A stretch of 64,000 bases of DNA from contig CAZKAT010000006.1 of NCBI GenBank assembly GCA_964551135.1, forward strand, positions 1,822 to 65,821. The letters are read 5' to 3'. The notes below the pieces were generated by a model, which saw only the letters and a list, made by a program, of their open reading frames with translations, ran no database searches and was not told the DNA's origin. The position numbers and the translations under genes are program-made. Shown here in pieces: positions 30,977-39,384 of this stretch (the first letter of the stretch is position 1; every line of letters begins with the position of its first letter). Origin of the DNA: an uncultured Gammaproteobacteria bacterium. GTDB taxonomy: Bacteria; Cyanobacteriota; Vampirovibrionia; LMEP-6097.

Positions 30977-31861
30977 GTGATTAGCGTTCAATTCCAAAAT
31001 TTAAGCCAAGCTAATTCAGAGATTCTTAAAGCCTTCAACTCAGCAACTTCTGCTAAAGCTCTGGAGGCGTATCAGCCTCTGTCTACTAAAGAGCGTAAGC
31101 GTGAGAAGCTTAAGGCTCTGCAGATACTTAAGGCATCTTCGGAGTCTCCTACTCTTGCTGATATCTCTCTTGCTACTGATTCTTTGACTATTGCGCTGCA
31201 GAAAGCTGAAGGAGCTACCTTGCAAGCAATGCTGAATTTGCTCTCAGCGAAGATGATAGAGCAGAATAAATATACTTACTTCGATCAAGAGAAGCAAATA
31301 GATCTGAAGAAAAAAGTTCAAGCTAAATTAAACGAATATAAGGAAGAGAAGGAAGATAACAAGGAAGAAGCGAAGAAAGAAGAAGAAGCTAAGCCAGAGA
31401 GAATATCTGCGGTTGACAAGTTAGTCCAAGCTGCTACTACTTACTTTAAAGAATTACAACAAGACATCATGGATAGATACGCTAAAACTCTATCGCTTAT
31501 CTCTCTTGAGAATTTACAGAAGGCCTTTGATGAAAGCATGAAGCTAATCGTTCGTTATGCTTATGAAGTTCCAGCTGAGTCCTTTAAAGAATATGTAATC
31601 GAGCCGATACATGAATTTGCTGGGAAAGTTACAGAGTATATAGATGAAGGCTTGAAGAATGGTTTCAATGCTAAATCTAAGAAGACTTTTAACCATAAAG
31701 AGATCCGTTCAATGTTACAGCAGAGCTTAAGTGCTGAGCGTGAAGAGAAGCTTGAAAGCTCAGTATTGATGTTAGATAGGTCTCTTAGAGCCAGAGCACA
31801 AATGCATATCGCTAAGCAGAAGTTTACTAAAGACGAGATTAAGCTAGCGCTTCATAAATAA
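30977..31861 (+). CDS. Helical hydrophilic hypothetical protein
   Basis: 294-aa ORF with GTG start and an E/K-rich centre. Confidence 0.7.
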   Translation: MISVQFQNLSQANSEILKAFNSATSAKALEAYQPLSTKERKREKLKALQILKASSESPTLADISLATDSLTIALQKAEGATLQAMLNLLSAKMIEQNKYTYFDQEKQIDLKKKVQAKLNEYKEEKEDNKEEAKKEEEAKPERISAVDKLVQAATTYFKELQQDIMDRYAKTLSLISLENLQKAFDESMKLIVRYAYEVPAESFKEYVIEPIHEFAGKVTEYIDEGLKNGFNAKSKKTFNHKEIRSMLQQSLSAEREEKLESSVLMLDRSLRARAQMHIAKQKFTKDEIKLALHK

Positions 31862-32601
31862 TTTCTATATTTCAAGAATGAGTATTTTGCGTTGATGAAT
31901 GCTAAGCGCAATCCTAGACTGCCATTTAAGAATCCAAGCCTAAAAATAAATTTATTAATAAAGCTATAAATAGAATTGAGGATTGCAATGACTAAATTAG
32001 ATTTCTTCTTAGAGAGCTTGGCAAACTTCATATAGGCTTGCTCCATATCTTCTACAGAAGTATAGGAATAGTGATTGAGATGGTGTTTTAGCGGATGACA
32101 ACTATGGCGAGACTTGCTGTAGGATTGGTTTTTAGTGTCTAGTAGTTCAACACTTTCATGTACAGTACTATGGCAGAATCTACCTAAAGATTTCTTGAAC
32201 AAGCGTAAGTGATAATCAGGATAGAAACCTCCCCAGCGAATAAATTTATCACCTATATAAAGCTTGCGAGGAATTTGATAGCCATTAGCTTTTAAGTCGA
32301 GCGCTTTGATTTCATTTATAAGCTCATCTGTTAAAACTTCGTCTGCATCAAGACTTAGTACCCATTCATTACTACAATATGTGAGAGCGACGTTCTTCTG
32401 CGCTCCATACCCCAACCAATCTTGGTGATAAATTTTATTAGTATATTTGCGTGCGATTTCTAAAGTTTTATCGGTACTTCCTGAATCAATGATAATGATC
32501 TCACTAGCGAGCTTCGCTGCTTGCTTTAAGCAAGACCCTATAATGCGCTCTTCGTTGAGGCAGATGATGAAAACGCTGATTTGGCAATCTGATGGCATCA
32601 T
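31852..32601 (-). CDS. Glycosyltransferase family 2 (LPS beta-1,4-glucosyltransferase-like)
   Basis: IDSGSTDKT, WLGYGAQKN, WVLSLDADE, YPDYHLRLF and VHE. Confidence 0.9.
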   Translation of the reverse strand: MMPSDCQISVFIICLNEERIIGSCLKQAAKLASEIIIIDSGSTDKTLEIARKYTNKIYHQDWLGYGAQKNVALTYCSNEWVLSLDADEVLTDELINEIKALDLKANGYQIPRKLYIGDKFIRWGGFYPDYHLRLFKKSLGRFCHSTVHESVELLDTKNQSYSKSRHSCHPLKHHLNHYSYTSVEDMEQAYMKFAKLSKKKSNLVIAILNSIYSFINKFIFRLGFLNGSLGLRLAFINAKYSFLKYRNYL

Positions 32602-32653
32602 AGTTTATAATACACAATGCTAAGGACTATTGCTTATTAGCTTACTAATTTGT

Positions 32654-32741
32654 GGAGAGGTGTCCGAGTGGTTGATGGTGCATCCTTGGAAAGGATGTGT
32701 AGAGCGATCTACCGTAGGTTCGAATCCTATCCTCTCTGCCA
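32654..32741 (+). tRNA. tRNA-Ser(GGA)
   Basis: Acceptor GGAGAGG/CCTCTCT, anticodon arm CATCC-TTGGAAA-GGATG, long variable arm, GGTTCGAATCC and encoded CCA. Confidence 0.96.
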
Positions 32742-32785
32742 CACAAAATAGAAAGGGGACCACAGGTCCCCTTTCTATTTTGTGT
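32741..32785. terminator. Perfect 21-bp inverted repeat / intrinsic terminator after tRNA-Ser
   Basis: ACACAAAATAGAAAGGGGACC-ACA-GGTCCCCTTTCTATTTTGTGT. Confidence 0.85.
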
Positions 32786-32941
32786 AGGTAAGAAAGAAAG
32801 ATCGAACGCTACAAGTACCGCAGCTTTAGCTGCATACCGTAGGTTAGCAAGAAAGGTCTAAACGACCTTTCTTGCGCTTGAGAATGAAACGGGTAGATTT
32901 TGCTATTTTCTGCCTTAACCCCAAAATAAGACTTTTAGGGG

Positions 32942-32992
32942 TATAATGTAAGTAGTTATAGGAGCTACTGCGGATGCGGGGGCTCCTTTTTT
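32942..32992 (+). ncRNA. Candidate DUF3800-associated small RNA with -10 box and terminator
   Basis: TATAAT at 32942, then AGGAGCTACTGC-GGAT-GCGGGGGCTCCT followed by a T-run abutting the DUF3800 stop; two G-U pairs favour the + strand. Confidence 0.5.
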
Positions 32993-33722
32993 ATGGGAAA
33001 ATCTCTAATTTTCCTTGTCTGAACTTTTTCTTTATTACAGAATAACTGACTTCGTGTCCTAATCTAGGCTTTTTACCAATGATATGCCTACCAATTGGAC
33101 TTGCAATTAAATCAGCTAATTCTAATCCACTAAAATTTTGATTTTTGCTGATTAGTTCAAATTTTGAAATTCTCTTTCTTATCTCACGAGCTGAAATAAA
33201 TTTAGTACCTATCTTTGATACTCTCTCGTATAAAGTTATTAATCTTTGATTTTCTGCGGCACATCTCTCTTCTGGATAGATCATAATTTTAGATCGTCGT
33301 GGTGTATCAAAAAATATTCTATTTAAAATATAGTCAAAACTAAATAAATAAGGATCTGGAGGAATATCAGTATATCTATCCACGAATTTAGTTTTATCAA
33401 TTGCTCTTGGTATTACCACGAAATCAGTTCTTTCAATAATGTCATTGACTGCAGTGTAAAATTCTTGTCTAAAGTTTCTGCTGTTGAATTTCAGATTCAA
33501 CTCATTTCTAGATTTATTAGGTCTTGTGATTTCGCTAGTATGTAATATAAACTGATCTGTTCCAAAGAAAGCCTTCTTCAAAGACTTAAATTCCATATCA
33601 AAATTTCTATAACATTGCTGATCTTTAAAACATATAGCAACGAGCACAAACACATTGTATTGATTGTCAGAATTGTTTAGATCTAGGTTATGGTCACCAG
33701 ATTCATCAATGAAAACTAACAT
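32991..33722 (-). CDS. DUF3800-domain protein
   Basis: N-terminal FIDESG, ILHTSEI and C-terminal GLELADLIA. Confidence 0.85.
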   Translation of the reverse strand: MLVFIDESGDHNLDLNNSDNQYNVFVLVAICFKDQQCYRNFDMEFKSLKKAFFGTDQFILHTSEITRPNKSRNELNLKFNSRNFRQEFYTAVNDIIERTDFVVIPRAIDKTKFVDRYTDIPPDPYLFSFDYILNRIFFDTPRRSKIMIYPEERCAAENQRLITLYERVSKIGTKFISAREIRKRISKFELISKNQNFSGLELADLIASPIGRHIIGKKPRLGHEVSYSVIKKKFRQGKLEIFP

Positions 33723-33780
33723 AACGAGATGTAATTATAAATTACTTAATATAATACCGAGCGTTATGACACGCTACCAT

Positions 33781-33822
33781 ATACTCCATGCCCCTCCCCC
33801 TCATCCACCACCGAGGCTTTCA
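33781..33822 (+). repeat. 42-bp direct repeat, copy 1 (duplicate of the GDPD gene start)
   Basis: ATACTCCATGCCCCTCCCCCTCATCCACCACCGAGGCTTTCA, identical to 36035-36076. Confidence 0.92.
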
Positions 33823-34030
33823 CAATTGGTCTAGGACTGAAAATCAAGCTCTTTATTTCAGAAGCTTGACGGTTTGCTCCTATATAAATCTATTTCCTGT
33901 TAGTTTCAAATCACTCTATGCTTTTCAAAATAAATCAAACTGCTTGTAATAATAGAACTTAATAAATTTATGGTTGAAAACTGCCGAAAACATTATATTG
34001 CCTATCTATCTTAAGTTTAATCGGTTAAGG

Positions 34031-35941
34031 CTAAGGATGCTCATATTTCACAAACTGACCTTTAGAGACCTTGTAAATCGACATTCTTGGTTGGATGGTG
34101 TCACCAATAGAGTCAAAGTTAATAAATCCAGTGATACCTTGATAGTGAGTCTTAGCTACTTCTTCATTAATACTAGTTTGATTTGCTATAGAAGCTTTGA
34201 TTGCTTCTATTAATATCCAGGTAGAGTCATAGCTATTCATAGCAATGGGGAATGCTTCTGTTTGAAAATGGTTTTTAAATTTCTTCTTGAATTCATTAAT
34301 AATATTTTTGTTACCATCTAATGTGTTGCCTGTAACGTAGGTACCCTCAGCTCTTAAACCAGCCGAATCAATGAAACTTTGAGTGAAAACTCCATCAGCT
34401 CCAATGAACGTAATATTCCTTTTAGCCTGCAATGCTAATTCTTTGACGATTTGTGCTGCGTCTCCATATTCGCCTATAAATACTAAGACGTCAGAGTTAA
34501 GAGTTGTTACTTGCTTATCATATTGGGAAGTATCTGCTATTAATGCTTTATTTTCTACAATTTTTACTTGATCTGACTCATCTAGTACATTTTCTATTAA
34601 TTTTGATAATGTTGAACCATAGAAAGTACCATTGTTCCATATACTGACTTTAATAGGATGTGGCTTTTTCATTGTTATTATGAGGTTACCAATAAGCTGA
34701 GCTTGTAAATCATCTCTCCCTGCAGTACGGAAGACATAACCATTCGCTCCAGGTCTTTCTGTCAACCAAGGGTTTGTTGCAGTTGGTGATATCTGTACGA
34801 TGTGATGTTTTGCATAAATCTTGGACGCTTCGATTGATGTCTTCGAGGTCAAATGACCTATGACTCCAGCAACTTTGGCTTTTGTGAACTTATTAGCACA
34901 GTTAATAGCTTCATTGATATTTGCTTTATCGTTACAGACAATTAATACAAGTGATCTACTTTTGATATCAGCTTCCTCATTAGCTTCATCTATTGCTAAT
35001 TTGGCAGCGTTGACTATTGGTTTACCTAAGTCAGTATAGGGTTCGTTAAGTGATACTGCTACACCAATATAGATAGGGTCTGTTTTAAGTTTAATTAATT
35101 CAATTTCAGCTGATGTTAATGGCATGTAACCTGTTTGAGTAATATATTCTTGTCCTATGCCATATATAAAATGAAGAAACTCTATGTTGCTTTCATTTTT
35201 TTTTGCAGCCTTTAGTTTTTTAGGATTATAGTAAATTATTATGTCTCTAGTGAGAGGGAAGTAGCCTTCATCAATATTCGCTTTGGTAGCTGGGATATTA
35301 TCAACGGTAATTGCTTTAATACTAGAATCTAAATTAGATAAACTAAGATAGGAAATTGCATTAGGGTATTTAAGTATGGCTGATTTAATTTCATCTATAT
35401 CGTTAACCATAATATTGTCCGAAGATACTTTGCCCCCATCTTCAAACAATTCATTATAAATAGTTTGTCTTTCGATACTATTAACTTCTCTGTCTACTAT
35501 TAATATTGGTTCGTTTTTACCATGAAGTTCCTTCCAGTTCTTAATTTCCTTGGATAGTATTTTCCTGAGTTGGGTTTTCGAAATATTGTTTATTGGATTA
35601 TCCTTGCCGGTGACTATAATCAAAGCATCTTTAGCCATAATTTCAGACTCTATCTGAGCTGAAGCTTCTTTCGGAAGATCTAGATTCCCGATAAAGATAT
35701 CTAAGCTACCATCTGTTAAGGAGCTGATAATTTTAGTTTCATCAGATTTACTTAAGTTTGTTATCAAGTTTTGTTTGTGTTTATATTGTTTAATTAAGTT
35801 ATTCACTAGTAAAAGTTCATCCTTATCAAAAGCAATGTTTAAAGGTTTAAGTTTAGGATGATTGATAAGATGATTAGCACAAGCTGTACTTATAACTATA
35901 AGTACAATGATAATAGTAAGCTTAGGTAAAAAGCGCTTCAC
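34031..35941 (-). CDS. Fusion of a PstS-like (type II PBP) domain and a LivK-like (type I PBP) domain
   Basis: N-half AKDALII..NPINNIS..IKNWKELHG..YFPLTR; C-half VIGHLTS, ISPTATNP, YVFRTAGRDD and YQGITGFINFD. Confidence 0.8.
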   Translation of the reverse strand: MKRFLPKLTIIIVLIVISTACANHLINHPKLKPLNIAFDKDELLLVNNLIKQYKHKQNLITNLSKSDETKIISSLTDGSLDIFIGNLDLPKEASAQIESEIMAKDALIIVTGKDNPINNISKTQLRKILSKEIKNWKELHGKNEPILIVDREVNSIERQTIYNELFEDGGKVSSDNIMVNDIDEIKSAILKYPNAISYLSLSNLDSSIKAITVDNIPATKANIDEGYFPLTRDIIIYYNPKKLKAAKKNESNIEFLHFIYGIGQEYITQTGYMPLTSAEIELIKLKTDPIYIGVAVSLNEPYTDLGKPIVNAAKLAIDEANEEADIKSRSLVLIVCNDKANINEAINCANKFTKAKVAGVIGHLTSKTSIEASKIYAKHHIVQISPTATNPWLTERPGANGYVFRTAGRDDLQAQLIGNLIITMKKPHPIKVSIWNNGTFYGSTLSKLIENVLDESDQVKIVENKALIADTSQYDKQVTTLNSDVLVFIGEYGDAAQIVKELALQAKRNITFIGADGVFTQSFIDSAGLRAEGTYVTGNTLDGNKNIINEFKKKFKNHFQTEAFPIAMNSYDSTWILIEAIKASIANQTSINEEVAKTHYQGITGFINFDSIGDTIQPRMSIYKVSKGQFVKYEHP

Positions 35942-36034
35942 TACTATTCATTATAAGTGCATAATACTTAAGGTTCAATATTAGGCTAATACTTAAGAAA
36001 GCTGTAATGTTAGTTCTTTTCTTCAAATGAGTTA

Positions 36035-36076
36035 ATACTCCATGCCCCTCCCCCTCATCCACCACCGAGGCTTTCA
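36035..36076 (+). repeat. 42-bp direct repeat, copy 2
   Basis: Identical to 33781-33822; spans the GDPD start codon. Confidence 0.92.
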
Positions 36077-36836
36077 TGCAACTTGTGCCGAAAACGGATT
36101 ACTAGCTTTTACTAGAGCAGCAGCAGATCCTAACGCAATCGGCATGGAGTTTGATGTTGAATTATGTAAGAATGATGCTGGAGAGCCAGAACTTTGTATC
36201 TTTCATGATGAAACTATGGAAGCCATAGATGGTAGTAATGATAAAGTCTCAGACTTGAAGTTAAAAGAAATCTCCACTAGAGTATCGAAGACTAAGAATA
36301 AAAGATTCTGGGATGGCAGTCAAGCAATGCCTTCTGTGCCATCGTTTAAAGAGATGATGGAAACTCTTACTAATTATGATGGCACTTTATCTATTGAGCT
36401 TAAAAGAAATGTGCAAGATCTGAAAATTTACCTTGCAACATTAACGAAGAGTCTTCAATATTTACCGAAACAAGCCAAGCTAATTTTTCACTCGTTTGAT
36501 ACTGAAATGCTTCACACTATCATTGATCCAATTTCAAAAGAATTAGCTCGGGCTCAGTTCGCTTGGAACTTTTCTGAATGGATAGTTCATCCAGGTTTGT
36601 TTGCGAATGCAAAAATAAATTACTTTTATCCAGATTATGAATTATTGAAACCCAGTATTGAAAACGGTTCTAGAGCCAAAATTCTAGACTATGCTAGCAA
36701 GTATCATAAGCTTATAATTCCTTGGAATGTTAATGCTATTGAGGATTATAACGACTTGAAACTTATTAATGAACTAGAACCAAAATTGATTTATGCTTTT
36801 GTAAGTGATAATGCTAAATTAAATAAGCGTGCTTAA
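36042..36836 (+). CDS. Glycerophosphodiester phosphodiesterase family protein
   Basis: HHRG...EN, EFDV, IFHD, IELK, HSFD, PWNVN and VSD. Confidence 0.85.
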   Translation: MPLPLIHHRGFHATCAENGLLAFTRAAADPNAIGMEFDVELCKNDAGEPELCIFHDETMEAIDGSNDKVSDLKLKEISTRVSKTKNKRFWDGSQAMPSVPSFKEMMETLTNYDGTLSIELKRNVQDLKIYLATLTKSLQYLPKQAKLIFHSFDTEMLHTIIDPISKELARAQFAWNFSEWIVHPGLFANAKINYFYPDYELLKPSIENGSRAKILDYASKYHKLIIPWNVNAIEDYNDLKLINELEPKLIYAFVSDNAKLNKRA

Positions 36837-37045
36837 CACTCTCTTATATTTAAAATCGAAAATCTAATAGCATTGATAACTGCTTCAGTTTTACTTTTAG
36901 AATTAAGTTTTTTGAGAATTTTATTAATGTAGTCGCGAACGCTGTCTATATGTAGAGCTAGAACTTCTACTATGTCACTATCCTTCATGCCTTTAGATAT
37001 TAGCTTGAGGATTTCAATTTCTTTTTCAGTTAAGTTATGTGACAT
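36833..37045 (-). CDS. Stand-alone LuxR-type HTH protein
   Basis: LTEKEIEILKLISKG...ILKKLNSKSKTEAV. Confidence 0.8.
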   Translation of the reverse strand: MSHNLTEKEIEILKLISKGMKDSDIVEVLALHIDSVRDYINKILKKLNSKSKTEAVINAIRFSILNIREC

Positions 37046-37174
37046 AATAATTACATTTTAATCCTTTTAATGAATAGAAAGATATACTAGAATTGTCGAT
37101 AATTATAGTACTTTTGGGCTAATTCTTCCAGTTTCCTGGATTTTTAATCTGGGAAATATATCAAGCTATGCCTT

Positions 37175-37441
37175 GTGGAAAAGAAGCAGATTAGAAGAAA
37201 TGTTGGTCAATATATTAGAAAACTGCGCCTTGAGCATAGAATGTCACTTAATGAAGTAGTAGCTTATTTATCTTATTATCGTATTGATTGTTCTAAATCT
37301 AATCTCAATAGAATTGAAATTGAGGATTCTCCTATTAGAAGTGATATATTAGCTGGTCTGGGGCTAATATTTGATACTAGTACTGACAATATTGTTTATA
37401 GAAGCAGTAAAAAAGCTAAAGCTGAAACTAAGGTTTCTTAG
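37175..37441 (+). CDS. XRE-family HTH regulator
   Basis: GQYIRKLRLEHRMSLNEV...SKSNLNRIE. Confidence 0.75.
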   Translation: MEKKQIRRNVGQYIRKLRLEHRMSLNEVVAYLSYYRIDCSKSNLNRIEIEDSPIRSDILAGLGLIFDTSTDNIVYRSSKKAKAETKVS

Positions 37442-37510
37442 ACTATTTTCAAATATATACCGAATAAGAGTTGACAGATAACATCCTGAAATTGTATAGT
37501 TATTATCATT

Positions 37511-37690
37511 ATGACTCCAACTTCTGGTTCTATCGAACAAACAATACGCAACCAACAGCCACCTAGAGTGCTTTTGAACGGAATGACTCATGAGGATGCT
37601 TTAAAAACAATAGAGACGACTAGTACTCAAGTAACAAAGGTTGATTCTCCAAACTATACGAATAATAGACAATTACATAAGCCACAATGA
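37511..37690 (+). CDS. Unlisted 59-aa small ORF (MTPTSGSIEQ...)
   Basis: Below the ORF-track cutoff; preceded by TTGACA(37471)-N18-TATAGT(37495). Confidence 0.5.
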   Translation: MTPTSGSIEQTIRNQQPPRVLLNGMTHEDALKTIETTSTQVTKVDSPNYTNNRQLHKPQ

Positions 37691-37719
37691 AGAATGAGAC
37701 TTTGAGAGTTCTAGGAAGA

Positions 37720-38349
37720 TTATTTCCATGAATCCATTCCTACTAAACTATCAAAATGTAGAAACATTTTCTCAAGCTGCGTACGTGAAAATAATCTTTC
37801 ACTATCATCATCACTTTCATAAAACGGTATCCTAGTAAATTGAGGATCTCTATGTAGTTCAGCATGAGGACAAGAGAAATTAGCTACATGAGTAGTTGGT
37901 TCAAATGAGTCCCAAATTTGAGGATTAGCTTCGCCAGAACTTGGATTGATAAGAACTGCATTAAAGAACTTTCCTCCTTCAGCTAATAGATAGTCTTTAT
38001 AGCTATCTAGCATTGCAAAAGTACCGTCATGATTAGTTGTATTTTTTACAGAACGTTGATCCTTGAAAAGCTGATCTCCGGGATGTAATGTATGAAAACT
38101 AGTAAAGTTTTCTCTAGTAAGAAAAATATTGTGCTTTCTTTGTGTATAAGTAGCTGGATCATCACTGGATAATAATTCTAATTGTCTTCTTACTTCTTCT
38201 GGATGTTGCGCTGTTGTAACTTCAACATCGGAGGGTAACATTGTTTGAACCATTGCCTGGACATTTTTAAGGCGATTTTTATCGCTATCAATTATGCGTA
38301 CCGCAAGTTCATTAGCGAGCACATTTGGCATTTGTACTAGTTCGTCCAT
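37720..38349 (-). CDS. Hypothetical protein, possible degenerate receiver-like domain
   Basis: N-terminal VRIIDSD...VEVTTAQHPEEV resembles REC beta1-alpha1-beta2. Confidence 0.6.
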   Translation of the reverse strand: MDELVQMPNVLANELAVRIIDSDKNRLKNVQAMVQTMLPSDVEVTTAQHPEEVRRQLELLSSDDPATYTQRKHNIFLTRENFTSFHTLHPGDQLFKDQRSVKNTTNHDGTFAMLDSYKDYLLAEGGKFFNAVLINPSSGEANPQIWDSFEPTTHVANFSCPHAELHRDPQFTRIPFYESDDDSERLFSRTQLEKMFLHFDSLVGMDSWK

Positions 38350-38464
38350 AATTTCTTTATGATACTATTTTAAAATGAAACATAAACACACAAGAATAAA
38401 GATTGCTCTTAACTTAGCTTTAATCTTAGCGTGTTATTTATAAAATTAAAGGCAGTTTAAGAAA

Positions 38465-39379
38465 ATGGGGCTCAGAAATACAAGTTTATTAATTAGTGGT
38501 TTAATCCTGTTAGCAACATCTGTTAATGCAAAAGTTAAAGGCAGCATTGCAGTTGCCGGCCCTCAGGGTCCACAAGGTATTCAAGGTATAACAGGTGAGA
38601 AAGGTGATAAGGGGGACCAAGGTATACAAGGACCTCAAGGTTCACAAGGTGCTCAAGGTTTAACTGGTGCCAAAGGTGCACAAGGTACACAAGGACCTAA
38701 AGGTGACAAGGGTGATAAAGGTGATCCAGGTATTCAAGGACCACAAGGTGAGCCAGGACCAGTCGCTATAGATGGTGGTGTACTTAATCCCATCCATATC
38801 CCCGGAACTGGATACCCTGTTAATACTGCATCAGAAAATCTTGATAGTAATTGGTATTGTGACGACACTCTCCCCCTACAAGGAATTGCCAATGATGGAT
38901 GTCCTCATGAGCCTTTCTATATCGGTGGAAACTATTCTGCTGACATCGATGGAGCTACTTTTTTTATCGTGGGTGGAAACCTAAACTTTAAACCTCGAAT
39001 CTCTTTAATCACTGGTGCAAAAATTAAAGGTCATAAAGTAACTTTTGTTTTTGAATCTTATACAGAGATTGTTGATACAGACAGAGCTAGAGTGCTTAAG
39101 AAATATGGTAAAGAAGATCTAGCAAAGGGTTTAACTGGAGCAAATATTTTTCTAGCTGAGAGTGATGATAAAACGGATAATGAGATTAAAGTATATGAAG
39201 ACAATCCATATAATTTAGCTATCGATTCTTTTGACATAGGAGATACACTCGAACTAGTCTATGATGGTTATGGTTGGTATGAGCTAAGCAGATCTAAAAC
39301 TCAGTCTTCAACTAAAAGCGATGAAATTGAAATGGATTGGGATCCACAAGATATGCATGGTGAAGATCCCATCGAGTAG
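38465..39379 (+). CDS. Secreted collagen-like protein
   Basis: Signal peptide (SVNA-K), 23 consecutive G-X-Y triplets and an acidic globular C-terminus. Confidence 0.85.
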   Translation: MGLRNTSLLISGLILLATSVNAKVKGSIAVAGPQGPQGIQGITGEKGDKGDQGIQGPQGSQGAQGLTGAKGAQGTQGPKGDKGDKGDPGIQGPQGEPGPVAIDGGVLNPIHIPGTGYPVNTASENLDSNWYCDDTLPLQGIANDGCPHEPFYIGGNYSADIDGATFFIVGGNLNFKPRISLITGAKIKGHKVTFVFESYTEIVDTDRARVLKKYGKEDLAKGLTGANIFLAESDDKTDNEIKVYEDNPYNLAIDSFDIGDTLELVYDGYGWYELSRSKTQSSTKSDEIEMDWDPQDMHGEDPIE

Positions 39380-39384
39380 CGCTT

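Noticed and set aside
33974-34213. 79-aa + strand ORF
   Set aside because: It largely overlaps the 3' end of the PstS-LivK fusion on the opposite strand, has a TTG start and has no other support
32654-37441. Prophage or intact integrative element at tRNA-Ser
   Set aside because: No integrase, phage genes or distal duplicate of the tRNA 3' end were found
38539-38765. Short tandem repeats resembling an array
   Set aside because: Explained by collagen G-X-Y codons; no CRISPR repeat-spacer array or cas gene was seen anywhere in the window
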